64,000 nucleotides of DNA from an uncultured bacterium. GTDB lineage: Bacteria > Oederibacteriota > PGYV01 > CAWJRG01. Shown here piece after piece: positions 20,491-29,960 of this stretch (within the stretch, counting starts at the first letter, position 1; every line of letters begins with the position of its first letter). Made by a program: the position numbers and the translations under genes. The stretch spans positions 96,001 to 160,000 of the forward strand of contig CAWJRG010000001.1 in the NCBI GenBank assembly GCA_963845185.1. The letters are read 5' to 3'. The notes under the pieces were generated by a model. It was not told the DNA's origin, did no database searches, and was given only the letters and a program-made list of their open reading frames with translations.

Positions 20491-21006
20491 ATGATGAAAA
20501 AAAATAGTTTGTTTTTTGCATTAATCGTTCTTATCTTTGCAGTTTTATTCACTTCGTGTGGTCCTGTCTTTAATTCCGCATACCTTATTAAGGCGGATTC
20601 TCCGGAAAAACAAAAAATATGCAGGGAATGCATGAATACCGCGCAGCTCACTACAAAGAATATACTTGGGTCCTGGGTTGCTATGGATGCCTGCCTGGAA
20701 ACTGAGCCTTCCATTAGCTTTATTCACGGATATGTGGAGACCAAAAATCCCAATGAAAATTCAAGAGGATTAGCTGAAGAAGACATATTAAACGATGCCG
20801 TCCAAACAGGTTTCAAATATACTTCTGCGGGCAATGACACAAGTAAGCTTATTCACTATGTTTTCAATTATAGCGGGTCTAATAACGATTTCAAACAAGT
20901 CAAAGCGCCAAATCCCGACGATAGCAGGATTAAGATTAAGGGCGATGGCTGGATAGTTTTTGAGTTTTATGAAAACAATATTAACTACGATATCTGGAAA
21001 AAATGA
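20491..21006 (+). CDS. Hypothetical lipoprotein
   Basis: Lipobox-like LFTSC after hydrophobic stretch; AAGGAG RBS. Confidence 0.75.
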   Translation: MMKKNSLFFALIVLIFAVLFTSCGPVFNSAYLIKADSPEKQKICRECMNTAQLTTKNILGSWVAMDACLETEPSISFIHGYVETKNPNENSRGLAEEDILNDAVQTGFKYTSAGNDTSKLIHYVFNYSGSNNDFKQVKAPNPDDSRIKIKGDGWIVFEFYENNINYDIWKK

Positions 21007-21119
21007 ATCATTACCGGTTTTTGGCTGTTGTGGCAGAGCCGGTTTGCAGATATTTTTGTAAAAAATCACCACAGGTATAAATGGTTTTTTAAAATCAAAT
21101 TACTGCTTAAGGAGGAGAC

Positions 21120-21875
21120 ATGAATAAAATTTTATTGGCGTTACTGGCTGTTATAATCCCTGTTCTAATTTTTGCCGAGACTGAAGAAGAAAACTGGCTG
21201 GCTTATGGAAACGATATGTATGCGCAAAAAAATTATCAAAAAGCTTCTGTGGCTTTTAAAAAAGTCCTCAGTTTAAACCCGAAGAACTTCGAGGCGCTTG
21301 TTAAAGAGGGTTCCACAATGTATGCGCTGAACGACAATGAAAAAGCAGCCGATTATCTGGAACAGGCACTCGCTATAAATTCGGATCCGGAACTGGAAGC
21401 GTTCCTGGCTAAGTTAAGGCCGGATTCCCATATGTTGGGAAGGTCAAACGCTGCAGCGGAACCAACCTCAGTTGCGACAGCCGCAGCGGCTCCAAACACA
21501 TCTACAGTTCCGGCTTCATCCGTATCTTCTTCAGCAATAACTGCCGATGAAGATCAAAGCTTGGCTCTTATTCATGACGCTTACGAAAGCTATACTCAGA
21601 AAAAAACTGACGAAGCTCTTGATTACTTTCAGCAGGCGGATAAGTTGATCCCCGACCAGCAAATAAAGTCATTTATGACAAAACTGAAAAAGGGTGAGCA
21701 GCCGGCTGATAATGAAGATCAAAGTATGGCTCTTATTCACGATGCTTACGAAAGCTATATGCAGAAAAATTACAGTGAGGCTGTGGATTATTTCCAACAG
21801 GCAGAAAATCTGATTCCTGACCAGCAAATAAAGTCATTTGCGGCAAAGGTAAAAAAAATAAAGGGTCCCAAATAA
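21120..21875 (+). CDS. Exported TPR protein with Ala/Ser linker and two SLALIHDAYESY repeats
   Basis: Signal peptide, two TPRs, 54-aa C-terminal duplication; AGGAGG RBS. Confidence 0.82.
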   Translation: MNKILLALLAVIIPVLIFAETEEENWLAYGNDMYAQKNYQKASVAFKKVLSLNPKNFEALVKEGSTMYALNDNEKAADYLEQALAINSDPELEAFLAKLRPDSHMLGRSNAAAEPTSVATAAAAPNTSTVPASSVSSSAITADEDQSLALIHDAYESYTQKKTDEALDYFQQADKLIPDQQIKSFMTKLKKGEQPADNEDQSMALIHDAYESYMQKNYSEAVDYFQQAENLIPDQQIKSFAAKVKKIKGPK

Positions 21876-22035
21876 GGTTTGAGCCTCGATATAGCGTTAA
21901 CAACGGCAAAAAGACTCATTCATTCAGGGTTGCAGTTAAAAAAAATTAACAGTTAAATTCACAACTTGTTTTTAGTCTAATAATATAATGTTTTCTTACT
22001 TTTATTTTTCAAATATATACGGCAAGCTTTGCCGC

Positions 22036-22065
22036 TTGACATCATATAGTTCATTATGATATAAG
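22036..22065 (+). promoter_or_regulatory. Promoter of rpmB
   Basis: TTGACA-18 bp-TATAAG with extended -10 TG. Confidence 0.55.
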
Positions 22066-22112
22066 CTTAAAATACGTAGTTTCACGAAACATTAATGCCT
22101 AAGGAGAAAACA

Positions 22113-22304
22113 ATGGCAAAAGAATGCATCGTATGCAAAAAAAAAGCAATTTCAGGACACCTTGTGTCCCACGCCAACAATAAAACAAATACAAGGATAA
22201 AACCCAATTTGCAAAGAGTTACAATAGTTATTAAAGGAAGAGTATCCCAGGAATGGGTCTGCACAAGGTGCTTGAAAGCCGGAAAAGTCAGCAAAGCTTC
22301 ATAA
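22113..22304 (+). CDS. rpmB: 50S ribosomal protein L28 (zinc-ribbon type)
   Basis: MAKECIVC...VSHANNKT..IKPNLQ...VCTRCLKAGKV; AAGGAG RBS. Confidence 0.95.
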   Translation: MAKECIVCKKKAISGHLVSHANNKTNTRIKPNLQRVTIVIKGRVSQEWVCTRCLKAGKVSKAS

Positions 22305-22497
22305 TTTCCTAATTTTGTATTTTTAATGCCTGTTAAACTATTTAAAAATTTATCAAATGCAGAATATTATTTATTATAAGTTCTCATTCCCGTGGTATTA
22401 TGGCATATAATAGACTATCCAGCAAAAAAACCATAAAAACTAGTAATTTTTTGGTTTTATGTGACAAAACTAATCTGTTTTTACCGCCTGCTAACAG

Positions 22498-22525
22498 TTG
22501 ACTTTTAAATTAATATTGTTATAAT
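22498..22525 (+). promoter_or_regulatory. Sigma70-like promoter
   Basis: TTGACT-16 bp-TATAAT with extended -10 TG. Confidence 0.6.
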
Positions 22526-22570
22526 TTATCTATGTTTGGAATTATTCAAAAACTTAAAAAGGAGGAAAAG

Positions 22571-22903
22571 ATGAAAAAGATATTTCTGGTTTTTCTTGCA
22601 GTACTTATTGTTTTTGTTTTTATGTCGTGCTCTACAGTAAAAGTTGCAACACCAAACAATTCCTTTGCTTATCTAATGCCCGACCAGGCAAAATGGCAGG
22701 TAAAGGAAGTCCGCAGTAAAATGAATTTTTATATTTTATGGGGGCTTATACCGCTCGGTGATAATAGTTCACAAGACCTTATTCGGCCGAAAGAGAAAGT
22801 CAGGGTAACCACATCCGTGACCATCGTAAATTGGATTCTTAACTGCATTATAGGTTGTGTTACACTTAGCACAAACACTACTGAAGTAGAGGTTATTAAA
22901 TAA
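22571..22903 (+). CDS. Bor/Iss-like lipoprotein
   Basis: MKK start after GGAGG, lipobox FMSC, FYILWGLIP motif, terminal hydrophobic segment followed by TTEVEV. Confidence 0.7.
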   Translation: MKKIFLVFLAVLIVFVFMSCSTVKVATPNNSFAYLMPDQAKWQVKEVRSKMNFYILWGLIPLGDNSSQDLIRPKEKVRVTTSVTIVNWILNCIIGCVTLSTNTTEVEVIK

Positions 22904-22916
22904 CCTACAGCGTTAG

Positions 22917-22952
22917 AAAAAGGGGCGGCTATTTATTAGCCGCCCCTTTTTT
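22917..22952. terminator. Bidirectional intrinsic terminator
   Basis: aaaaaggggcggcta-tttat-tagccgcccctttttt between convergent genes. Confidence 0.88.
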
Positions 22953-23048
22953 ATTTACAGGCTATTGAATAAAACTTATAGTGAATTTTAAAATAATAAA
23001 ACCAGGGCATACAGCGAATGCGCGCAAATGAAGAAAAGCACGGAGTTG

Positions 23049-25187
23049 TTACACATCTATTCTTTCCACTGTCGATAAGTCCTTAACTTTCCTTAATAAA
23101 TTCATTATTTCATTAACATGCGCCTGACTTTTTACTTTCAGTGTCAATTCTCCTGTCAGGCTGCCGTCGCTCGCCGCATGTGAATTTAACGATGTCACAA
23201 AAGCACTATTATGGTTTACTGCATTTAAAACATCATTTAAAAGCCCTTCCCTGTTTTTCCCTGTTATCTTTATCCTGCTTTTAAAATAGCTGCTGACTTC
23301 ATCGCCCCAATTTACAGCGACAAACGGCGCTATGGGCTTGTTTGAATCAAGGGTCTGACAATTTTTCCTGTGTATTGAAATACCCCTTTTAGTAAATATT
23401 CCTGTGATGTCGTCCCCGGGCACCGGATTGCAGCACTTGGCGAACCTGTAAGCGATGTCCGAATATTCGCCCTGCACTATTATCTCACCCTTTACTGTTT
23501 TCTTCTGAGCATCAGTCGCGGGCGCTGTCTGCTTTATTTTTTCTGTAATCATATTGACTATATTATTCGCTATTTTAGCCTCGGAAAATTCGCCGTAACC
23601 CACTGCAGCCAGTAAATCTTCGTCTTCTTTTAAATTGTAATTCTCCTTAATTTTTAACCATATTTCTTTCGGCACGTCGTCGAGCTTAATGTCCTGCTTT
23701 AGAAGTTTCCCGGCAATAAGGTCTTTTCCCTTTTCTATGTTCTCCTTCATATTCTGGTTTGTCCTCAGCCAGTGCCTGATTCTGTTTTTTGCCTTTGTTG
23801 TTTTTACCGCTTTAAGCCAGTCAATTGTAGGGTGTTGCGTTGAAGATGTGACAACCTCGGCTATATCGCCATTTTTGAGCTGATATTTTATATTAACCCA
23901 TTTGCCGTTTACTTTCCCGCCCGCGCATGTGTCGCCCAGGTTTGAATGTATGCTGTATGCGAAATCCAGCAGTGTCGCGCCTGCTACAAGTTCTTTTACT
24001 TCTCCCTTTGGTGTGAAAACAAAAACTTCCTCTTCAAACAGGTCGAGCTTTAATTCCTTAATAAATTCATCCGCGCCTTTTAAGTTCCCCTGCCACTCCA
24101 GCACCTGCCTTATCCACGCGAATGTAGTATCTGTTTCCTTGTCAAAGGGTTTTTGCTCTTTATAGCTCCAATGCGCGGCTATCCCATCTTCCGCGCCTTT
24201 TTCCATGTCGTATGTCCGTATCTGAAATTCAATAGGCTTGCCCTTCTCGTCGAGCACCGTGGTGTGAAGCGACTGGTACATGTTTGACTTAGGCATTGCT
24301 ATATAATCCTTAAACCTTCCGGGTATAGGCTTCCACATTTTATGTATTATACCTACGGCAGAATAACATTTGCTCACGTCATCGGTTATCACGCGTATGC
24401 CTAGCAGGTCGTAGATTTCCTCGAAACTTTTGTTGTCTTTTTCCATTTTCTGGTAAATGCTGTAAAAATGCTTGGGCCTGCCTGTTATTTCCGCTTTTAT
24501 GCCGGCGGTTTCAAGCTCTTTTCCTACCTGCGATTTTATTTCTATTACGCGCCTTTCGCGTCCTTCTTTTTTCTCAGATATTTTTATAGCTATTTCCCTG
24601 TAAGCCGCCGGGTTTAATATCGAGAACGCTACATCTTCAAGCTCTGCCTTGACCTTTGCCATGCCGAACCTGTGCGCAAGCGGCGCATAAATATTAAGTG
24701 TCTCGTCAGCTATAATTTTCCGCCTGTCCTCCGGCAGGTATTTTATCGTCCTCATGTTATGAAGCCTGTCCGCGAGCTTTATTATTACTATCCTTATGTC
24801 GTTTGCCATGGCAAGGAACATCTTGCGCAGGGAATCGCTGAAAATTTCTCCCTTTGACTGGAAAACTTTAGCCGTTACATGGGTAAGCGCCTCTACAAGG
24901 AAAGCCACCTCCTCGCCCGCTATGCTTTTTATTTTTTCAGGCGTGCTTCCCGTGTCTTCTATTACGTCGTGTAAAAGCCCGGCGCTTATTGTAACCGCGT
25001 CCATTTTCATTTCTTTTAAAATTTTCGCTACTTCAATGCTGTGGGTTATATACGGCTCGCCCGACATCCTCGTCTGTCCGGCATGAGCGGATTTCGCGAA
25101 CTCGTATGATTTTCTTATAAGTTCCCTGTCTTTTTCGTCAAAACCCTCAATGACATCCTTTATTTCATGGTATGTTTCTTCCGTCAT
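23049..25187 (-). CDS. rel: Bifunctional (p)ppGpp synthetase/hydrolase Rel (long RSH)
   Basis: HDVIEDT HD motif, KLADRLHNMRT, GRFKDYIA..K.NMYQSLHTT, EFQIRT, TGS, CCNPVPGD, ACT. Confidence 0.96.
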   Translation of the reverse strand: MTEETYHEIKDVIEGFDEKDRELIRKSYEFAKSAHAGQTRMSGEPYITHSIEVAKILKEMKMDAVTISAGLLHDVIEDTGSTPEKIKSIAGEEVAFLVEALTHVTAKVFQSKGEIFSDSLRKMFLAMANDIRIVIIKLADRLHNMRTIKYLPEDRRKIIADETLNIYAPLAHRFGMAKVKAELEDVAFSILNPAAYREIAIKISEKKEGRERRVIEIKSQVGKELETAGIKAEITGRPKHFYSIYQKMEKDNKSFEEIYDLLGIRVITDDVSKCYSAVGIIHKMWKPIPGRFKDYIAMPKSNMYQSLHTTVLDEKGKPIEFQIRTYDMEKGAEDGIAAHWSYKEQKPFDKETDTTFAWIRQVLEWQGNLKGADEFIKELKLDLFEEEVFVFTPKGEVKELVAGATLLDFAYSIHSNLGDTCAGGKVNGKWVNIKYQLKNGDIAEVVTSSTQHPTIDWLKAVKTTKAKNRIRHWLRTNQNMKENIEKGKDLIAGKLLKQDIKLDDVPKEIWLKIKENYNLKEDEDLLAAVGYGEFSEAKIANNIVNMITEKIKQTAPATDAQKKTVKGEIIVQGEYSDIAYRFAKCCNPVPGDDITGIFTKRGISIHRKNCQTLDSNKPIAPFVAVNWGDEVSSYFKSRIKITGKNREGLLNDVLNAVNHNSAFVTSLNSHAASDGSLTGELTLKVKSQAHVNEIMNLLRKVKDLSTVERIDV

Positions 25188-25190
25188 GAT

Positions 25191-25844
25191 TTAACGCAGC
25201 GCCTCCTCGCACTCTTTGTCTATGCGCAGCATTTCTTCCTGCAGCCTTTTCCTGTATATTTCAATGTCCGCCGTGCCAGCCGGGACCTTAAGCGGCTTGC
25301 CGAACACTACAACGCCTTTTGTAAATGGCAGCGGTATCAAAAACCTGTCCCAGGAACCGAGCTGCATTTTCCACTTCGCATCAAAAGCAAAAGGCACTAT
25401 TTCCTTTCCTGTCAATTTCGCGAGGTACAGTATTCCGTTACCTACTGTATTCCTAGGCCCGCGTGGACCGTCCACTGTTATCGCTATGTCCCTGCCTTCA
25501 TCTGCCAGTTTCTTTAAATACATCAGCGCTTTTGCCCCGCCCCTTGTCGTCGAGCCGCGCACAGCAAAAAAACCGAAGCGTTTAACCATTTCAGCGGCTA
25601 TCTCCCCGTCCTTATGCATGGACGCCAGAACTACTGCGTTAAAATTCCTGTAAAAATGCAGGCTCGCGAGCATCCTGGAATGCCAGAAAGCGAATAAATA
25701 ATTGCCTTTATTTTTTTGGTAAGGGCTTAATCCGGCTCCGTTTAGTTCTTTAAAACGGTAGGTAAAAGCTATTATTTTATAAACAAAAGCCGCGAGCGGT
25801 ATGGCAATCTTGAAAAGTAAAAAATCAGAAAAATCTTTTTTCAT
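25191..25844 (-). CDS. DUF374 / lysophospholipid acyltransferase family protein
   Basis: FAFWH, SMHKDGE, VRGSTTRGG, TVDGPRGP, SWDRFLIPLPF. Confidence 0.88.
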   Translation of the reverse strand: MKKDFSDFLLFKIAIPLAAFVYKIIAFTYRFKELNGAGLSPYQKNKGNYLFAFWHSRMLASLHFYRNFNAVVLASMHKDGEIAAEMVKRFGFFAVRGSTTRGGAKALMYLKKLADEGRDIAITVDGPRGPRNTVGNGILYLAKLTGKEIVPFAFDAKWKMQLGSWDRFLIPLPFTKGVVVFGKPLKVPAGTADIEIYRKRLQEEMLRIDKECEEALR

Positions 25845-25892
25845 ATAAAGTTAAAGTTTTTCTCCTTCCCTGCTTGAAAAATCATTACAAAT

Positions 25893-25925
25893 AAAAAAGG
25901 GTGCGGCATTCACCGCACCCTTTTG
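25893..25925 (-). terminator. Intrinsic terminator after the LysM gene
   Basis: aaaaaagggtgcgg-cattca-ccgcacccttttt. Confidence 0.85.
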
Positions 25926-25951
25926 CCTGCATATATGTTTTAAATTATTCG

Positions 25952-26626
25952 TCAGCTTTTATTGGCTTCCTCTTCGTCTTCATCTTTCTTTCTTTGCATT
26001 GTCAAGAATATGGTTATGCCTGCGCCAAAGCACGCAAGAACTAGTATTACCAGCATCATATTAATACCGCCCTTTTTCTGCGCGCCCTTTGGCGGTTCAG
26101 GTATTGGCGTGGGCTGCTCTTCCATCGTTCCTTCCTCGGAACCGGCTGCTTTGCCTGCCTTGGACGCTAAATGCGTTTTGCTCCCGGCCTGCTCCTCTTT
26201 ATTTACAAGGCCTGCAACTTCGCCTTCTCTCTTTTCCTTTGGCGGCACGCCAAGTTCCATCGCTCTTTCTTTTGCCGCTTCTATTTCAACCGCGCTGACA
26301 TTGCGCGGGATTATTAATTTTTGGCCTTCTTTGACGTCTTTATAGGAATTTAAAATATCCCTGTTTGCATCATAAATCAGCGGCCACTGCCACTTTGTCC
26401 CGTAAATACTGGCTTTCTGGGAAATACCCCACAGGGTATTGCCAGCCTTGACGTCATAAGTTGTCGGCAACTCTTCTTTCTGTACTTCCTTTGATTCCTC
26501 GTTTATTTCCTGGTTTTCGTCTGCAGCGCCGTTTATCTGCTGGCTTTTCCCGCCTCCGCAGCCTGCAAAAATCAGCAATCCTGTTATGAAAAATCCCGTA
26601 GTCAAAAGCGTAAAAAATTTCTTCAT
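25952..26626 (-). CDS. LysM-domain lipoprotein with C-terminal TM anchor
   Basis: Lipobox FAGC, YDVKAGNTLWGIS...WPLIYDANR...GQKLIIP, C-terminal hydrophobic helix then RKK. Confidence 0.88.
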   Translation of the reverse strand: MKKFFTLLTTGFFITGLLIFAGCGGGKSQQINGAADENQEINEESKEVQKEELPTTYDVKAGNTLWGISQKASIYGTKWQWPLIYDANRDILNSYKDVKEGQKLIIPRNVSAVEIEAAKERAMELGVPPKEKREGEVAGLVNKEEQAGSKTHLASKAGKAAGSEEGTMEEQPTPIPEPPKGAQKKGGINMMLVILVLACFGAGITIFLTMQRKKDEDEEEANKS

Positions 26627-26669
26627 GCTTTCCTCCTGTTAATTATTTGAATATTTCTTGATTTTTTAA

Positions 26670-26697
26670 ATTATAACATTTTAGCCCCTCTTGTCAA
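26670..26697 (-). promoter_or_regulatory. Consensus sigma70 promoter of the LysM gene
   Basis: TTGACA-16 bp-TATAAT with extended -10 TG. Confidence 0.65.
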
Positions 26698-26726
26698 GAT
26701 TTTAATATTTGGCGCTATTTTTACAT

Positions 26727-28254
26727 TTATACAGTGCCCTTTCTGTCCAGCTTTGTCGGGTCAGTATAAAGCACCCCGTATTTTTTGGATATCATATTCG
26801 ACGAAATCCTGCCTGATTCGTATATGGTAGGCAGTCCCGAACCCGGATGCGTGCCTCCGCCCACAAGATAAACATTATCAAGGCATTCAAACCGGTTTCT
26901 TGGCCTGAAATAAAGCATCTGCTGAAGATTATGTCCCAGGTTAAATGTGGCTCCGTAGTACACATTCAGGTCGTCGCGCCAGGTGTCAGGCGTGTAAATC
27001 TTTTCCACCTCAATGTTTTCCCTCAAGTCCTTCATCTCTGTGCGCTTTACAACCTCATCAAGCACCCTTTCCTTAAAGGCATCTTTTTCTTTTTCCCAAT
27101 CTATATTTGCTTTTAGATTTGCCACTGGCACTAATATGTATATGGTTGATTTGCCTTCAGGCGCCAGCGTAGGGTCGGTCATTGACGCGTTCTGTACATA
27201 AAATGATATTCTGGTCGGAAAGTATAAGACGCGTGAATATATCCTCCACGTTCTTCCTGTAATCCTTGGCAAAAAATACATTATGATGTGGAAAATTGTA
27301 CTTTTTCTTCACGCCCAGGTATAACATAAATGTAGAACATGAATATTTTCTCTTTGCCAGTTTCCCCGGACTGTATTTTTTAACGCACTTTTTATCCATA
27401 AGGGCCGTGGCAGCATATGAAAAATCAGCGTTAACTATGACTTCGTCCGCGTTTATCATTGTGCCGTCTTCAAGCTCGATTCCTTTTACTGACTTACCTT
27501 CATTTACAAGCCTTTTAACTTTTGTGTTGAGCCTTAACCTGCCGCCTTCTTCCTCAAATACCTTTGCCATGGCCTGGGATATTTTATTCAACCCGCCCAT
27601 GACATGGTATATCCCCCACGCATGCTCTATAAATGCCACCATGGCAAAAGCCGCCGGGCATTCCCATGCCGACATCCCCAGATATTTTGACTGAAAGGTG
27701 AAACAGAACTTTAGGTTGTCGATTTCAAAATACCTTCCAAGCGCCTGAAACACGCTCAAATGAAGGTCAAGTTTAGGAACGGCCTTTAAAAAAGGATTAA
27801 CAAGCATATCCTTGAACGAACTGTACGGTTTCTGCAGGCACGGGAAAAGGTAGTCAAACCTTTCCTTCTCTTTTTTCAGGAATTTCTTCAGACCGCCTTC
27901 CTATCCGGGAAACTCCCTTTTTATCTCTAATTCCATCTTATCATGGTCGTCATAAGCCCTGATTTCGTTGTCGTAAAATTTCAGCCTGTACATAGGGTCG
28001 AGCCGCCTGAAATCAAGGTAATCTTTTGCCTTCCTGCCTGTTTCCTCAAACATCTCTTCAAGGATAAAATTCATCATCAAAAAAGTAGGGCCGATATCAA
28101 AAGTAAACCCGTTAATTTTAATCGGCGCGTTCCTGCCGCCGGCAATAGGTTCTTTTTCAAATATTTCCACATCAAATCCCCTGTGTGCCAGTATCATGCC
28201 TGCCGTTAAACCGCCAGGCCCAGCTCCTACTATAGCTATCTTTTTCTTTTCCAT
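26727..28254 (-). pseudogene. Phytoene/diapophytoene desaturase (CrtI/CrtN family), interrupted by an in-frame TAG (27901-27903) and a +1 frameshift near 27210
   Basis: GAGPGG FAD motif, FDIGPTF, TFQSKYLGMS, SCSTFMLYLG, YLVGGGTHPGSGLPTI spread over three ORFs. Confidence 0.85.
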
Positions 28255-28279
28255 TTTTCCTCCAAAATAATAATTATAA

Positions 28280-28738
28280 TTAAAAATTAAAATTCATTCT
28301 TAACCCTAAGGTACACACATTCATTTCTTGATCCGTGTAGCTAAACGGTGTAATAAATAATATATTACTAAATTTTGACTCATCTAGCAATCCTGATATC
28401 CAATTGTAAGTCCCCCATAACGAAAGAACGATTCCGACAGTAGCAGCCGCGATTATCCATGTCATATTATTTTTTAATATATTCGTTGTTCCTTGGCCAT
28501 AAAATGAGTTCATCGAGTTCGTCATGCTCTGAAAAGACCAATAATAAAAATCTGCTCCCAGGATTATGCAGCCGCCGCCCGTCATTAAAATCCCTGAAAA
28601 TATTTTTACGTTATCAGCTTTGATTTCATTCTTTATTTGCTCTTGGCTAAGGGTTGTTCCCTCATCAGCAGCAATAACCGGTAGAGAAAAAACGATGACT
28701 ATGGAAAAAACTAGAATTACTATTACTAATTTCCTCAT
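28280..28738 (-). CDS. Hypothetical exported/membrane protein with terminal Phe
   Basis: Signal peptide, two hydrophobic helices, ends LRMNFNF; AGGAG RBS. Confidence 0.7.
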   Translation of the reverse strand: MRKLVIVILVFSIVIVFSLPVIAADEGTTLSQEQIKNEIKADNVKIFSGILMTGGGCIILGADFYYWSFQSMTNSMNSFYGQGTTNILKNNMTWIIAAATVGIVLSLWGTYNWISGLLDESKFSNILFITPFSYTDQEMNVCTLGLRMNFNF

Positions 28739-28864
28739 TTTCCCACTCCTTTGATTATTTTTTTATGTCATAAAATTTTATTATAAAAATAAAGTTTTAA
28801 AAGTTTGTTTTATTTGTGCTGGTAAATTTGTATTAAAACAAATATATTTTATAAAATTTATTTT

Positions 28865-29872
28865 TTAGAATTGCACGTTCAGGCCGATTTTATTGTTATT
28901 CCCCAGTACCCCGTATGGTATAAACACATAGTCAAGCCCGTAGGAAATTTCCCCGGCCTTCATTGAAAATCCGGCTCCCAGTGAAAGCCCGCTAGCTGTC
29001 CTGTCAACAAAGTTAAGGTCTTCCCCTGCCCTTAGCGCAAAATTATAATTACCCAAAACTGCCTGCAGATATTCAGCACCTACCTTTACGTCTGCTCCAT
29101 AGCTGAGCCCGTACCCTGTGTCCAGGCTCACGCGTACACGGTTGTTCTCCACAACCATGTTTTTCCACTGCGAATACGCTCCTATGTTAAATGTCATCGG
29201 CGTTATGCCGTTTTCAAAGCTTGTCCCGAGGTTCATGCACGATATACCGAACCCTATCTTGTTCCATATCATTTCTCCCCTGTTCTCCATAAAATCCGCT
29301 TCCTGCAGTGTTATTGTATATATCGCTCCTATGTCTGCTGTTATCCCTGTATTGCTGTATGCGTTTCCAAGGCTCTCTCCGCTCACCTTGAGCTCCATGC
29401 CAAGGTCTATATTTTTTAATGCATCGCTTTTCGTGAATTTATCCAGGCTGCTCCCGTATGCAACTCCTAACAGATAATCATAGCTCCCCACCGTTGCCCC
29501 CTGTCCTCCGTATGTGCCGTTTACGTTCTCGTTTGTCTGCGTGATTTTCCCGCCTGATAGGTACTTAAACGCCGCCCCTATTGTCCCGGCTCCTTCCAGC
29601 GCCTGCTCGTAATAGCCCGAATCAAAAAATACGTCTTCAAAATATATGTCGTGAATAAACGATGCCTCGTGCGCGCCCATAAGTCCAAGCCCTGCAGGGT
29701 TTATGTCAAGCGCGTCTGTATCGTCGCACACTGCTGTGTATGCCCCTCCCATGGACTGGCTTATTATTCCTGCTGGTACTTTCAGGATATCTATTGCTCC
29801 TGTACCCGGCCCTGCTTTTATCAGGCTTATTGCCGTCATCACCGCTATTGCTGTTATTACGATTCTTTTCAC
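28865..29872 (-). CDS. PorV/PorQ (UPF0164)-like outer-membrane beta-barrel, copy 1
   Basis: Signal peptide; SMGGAYTAVCDD...INPAGLG N-terminal motif; alternating beta-strands; ends GLSLGAGF...LDYVF.PYG.LG...NVQF. Confidence 0.85.
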   Translation of the reverse strand: MKRIVITAIAVMTAISLIKAGPGTGAIDILKVPAGIISQSMGGAYTAVCDDTDALDINPAGLGLMGAHEASFIHDIYFEDVFFDSGYYEQALEGAGTIGAAFKYLSGGKITQTNENVNGTYGGQGATVGSYDYLLGVAYGSSLDKFTKSDALKNIDLGMELKVSGESLGNAYSNTGITADIGAIYTITLQEADFMENRGEMIWNKIGFGISCMNLGTSFENGITPMTFNIGAYSQWKNMVVENNRVRVSLDTGYGLSYGADVKVGAEYLQAVLGNYNFALRAGEDLNFVDRTASGLSLGAGFSMKAGEISYGLDYVFIPYGVLGNNNKIGLNVQF

Positions 29873-29960
29873 TTTTTACTCCTTATAGTCCGTTGATTTT
29901 GCCAAGCATATCTTTTGCGAAGCCAAAAATCTTATGGACTCTTGTACCCGAAGTGGTACT

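Noticed and set aside
27901..27903. Genome-wide TAG recoding or pyrrolysine
   Set aside because: TAG serves as a normal stop for radA (4996) and the YidD-like gene (17608); only one in-frame case, in a gene with another lesion
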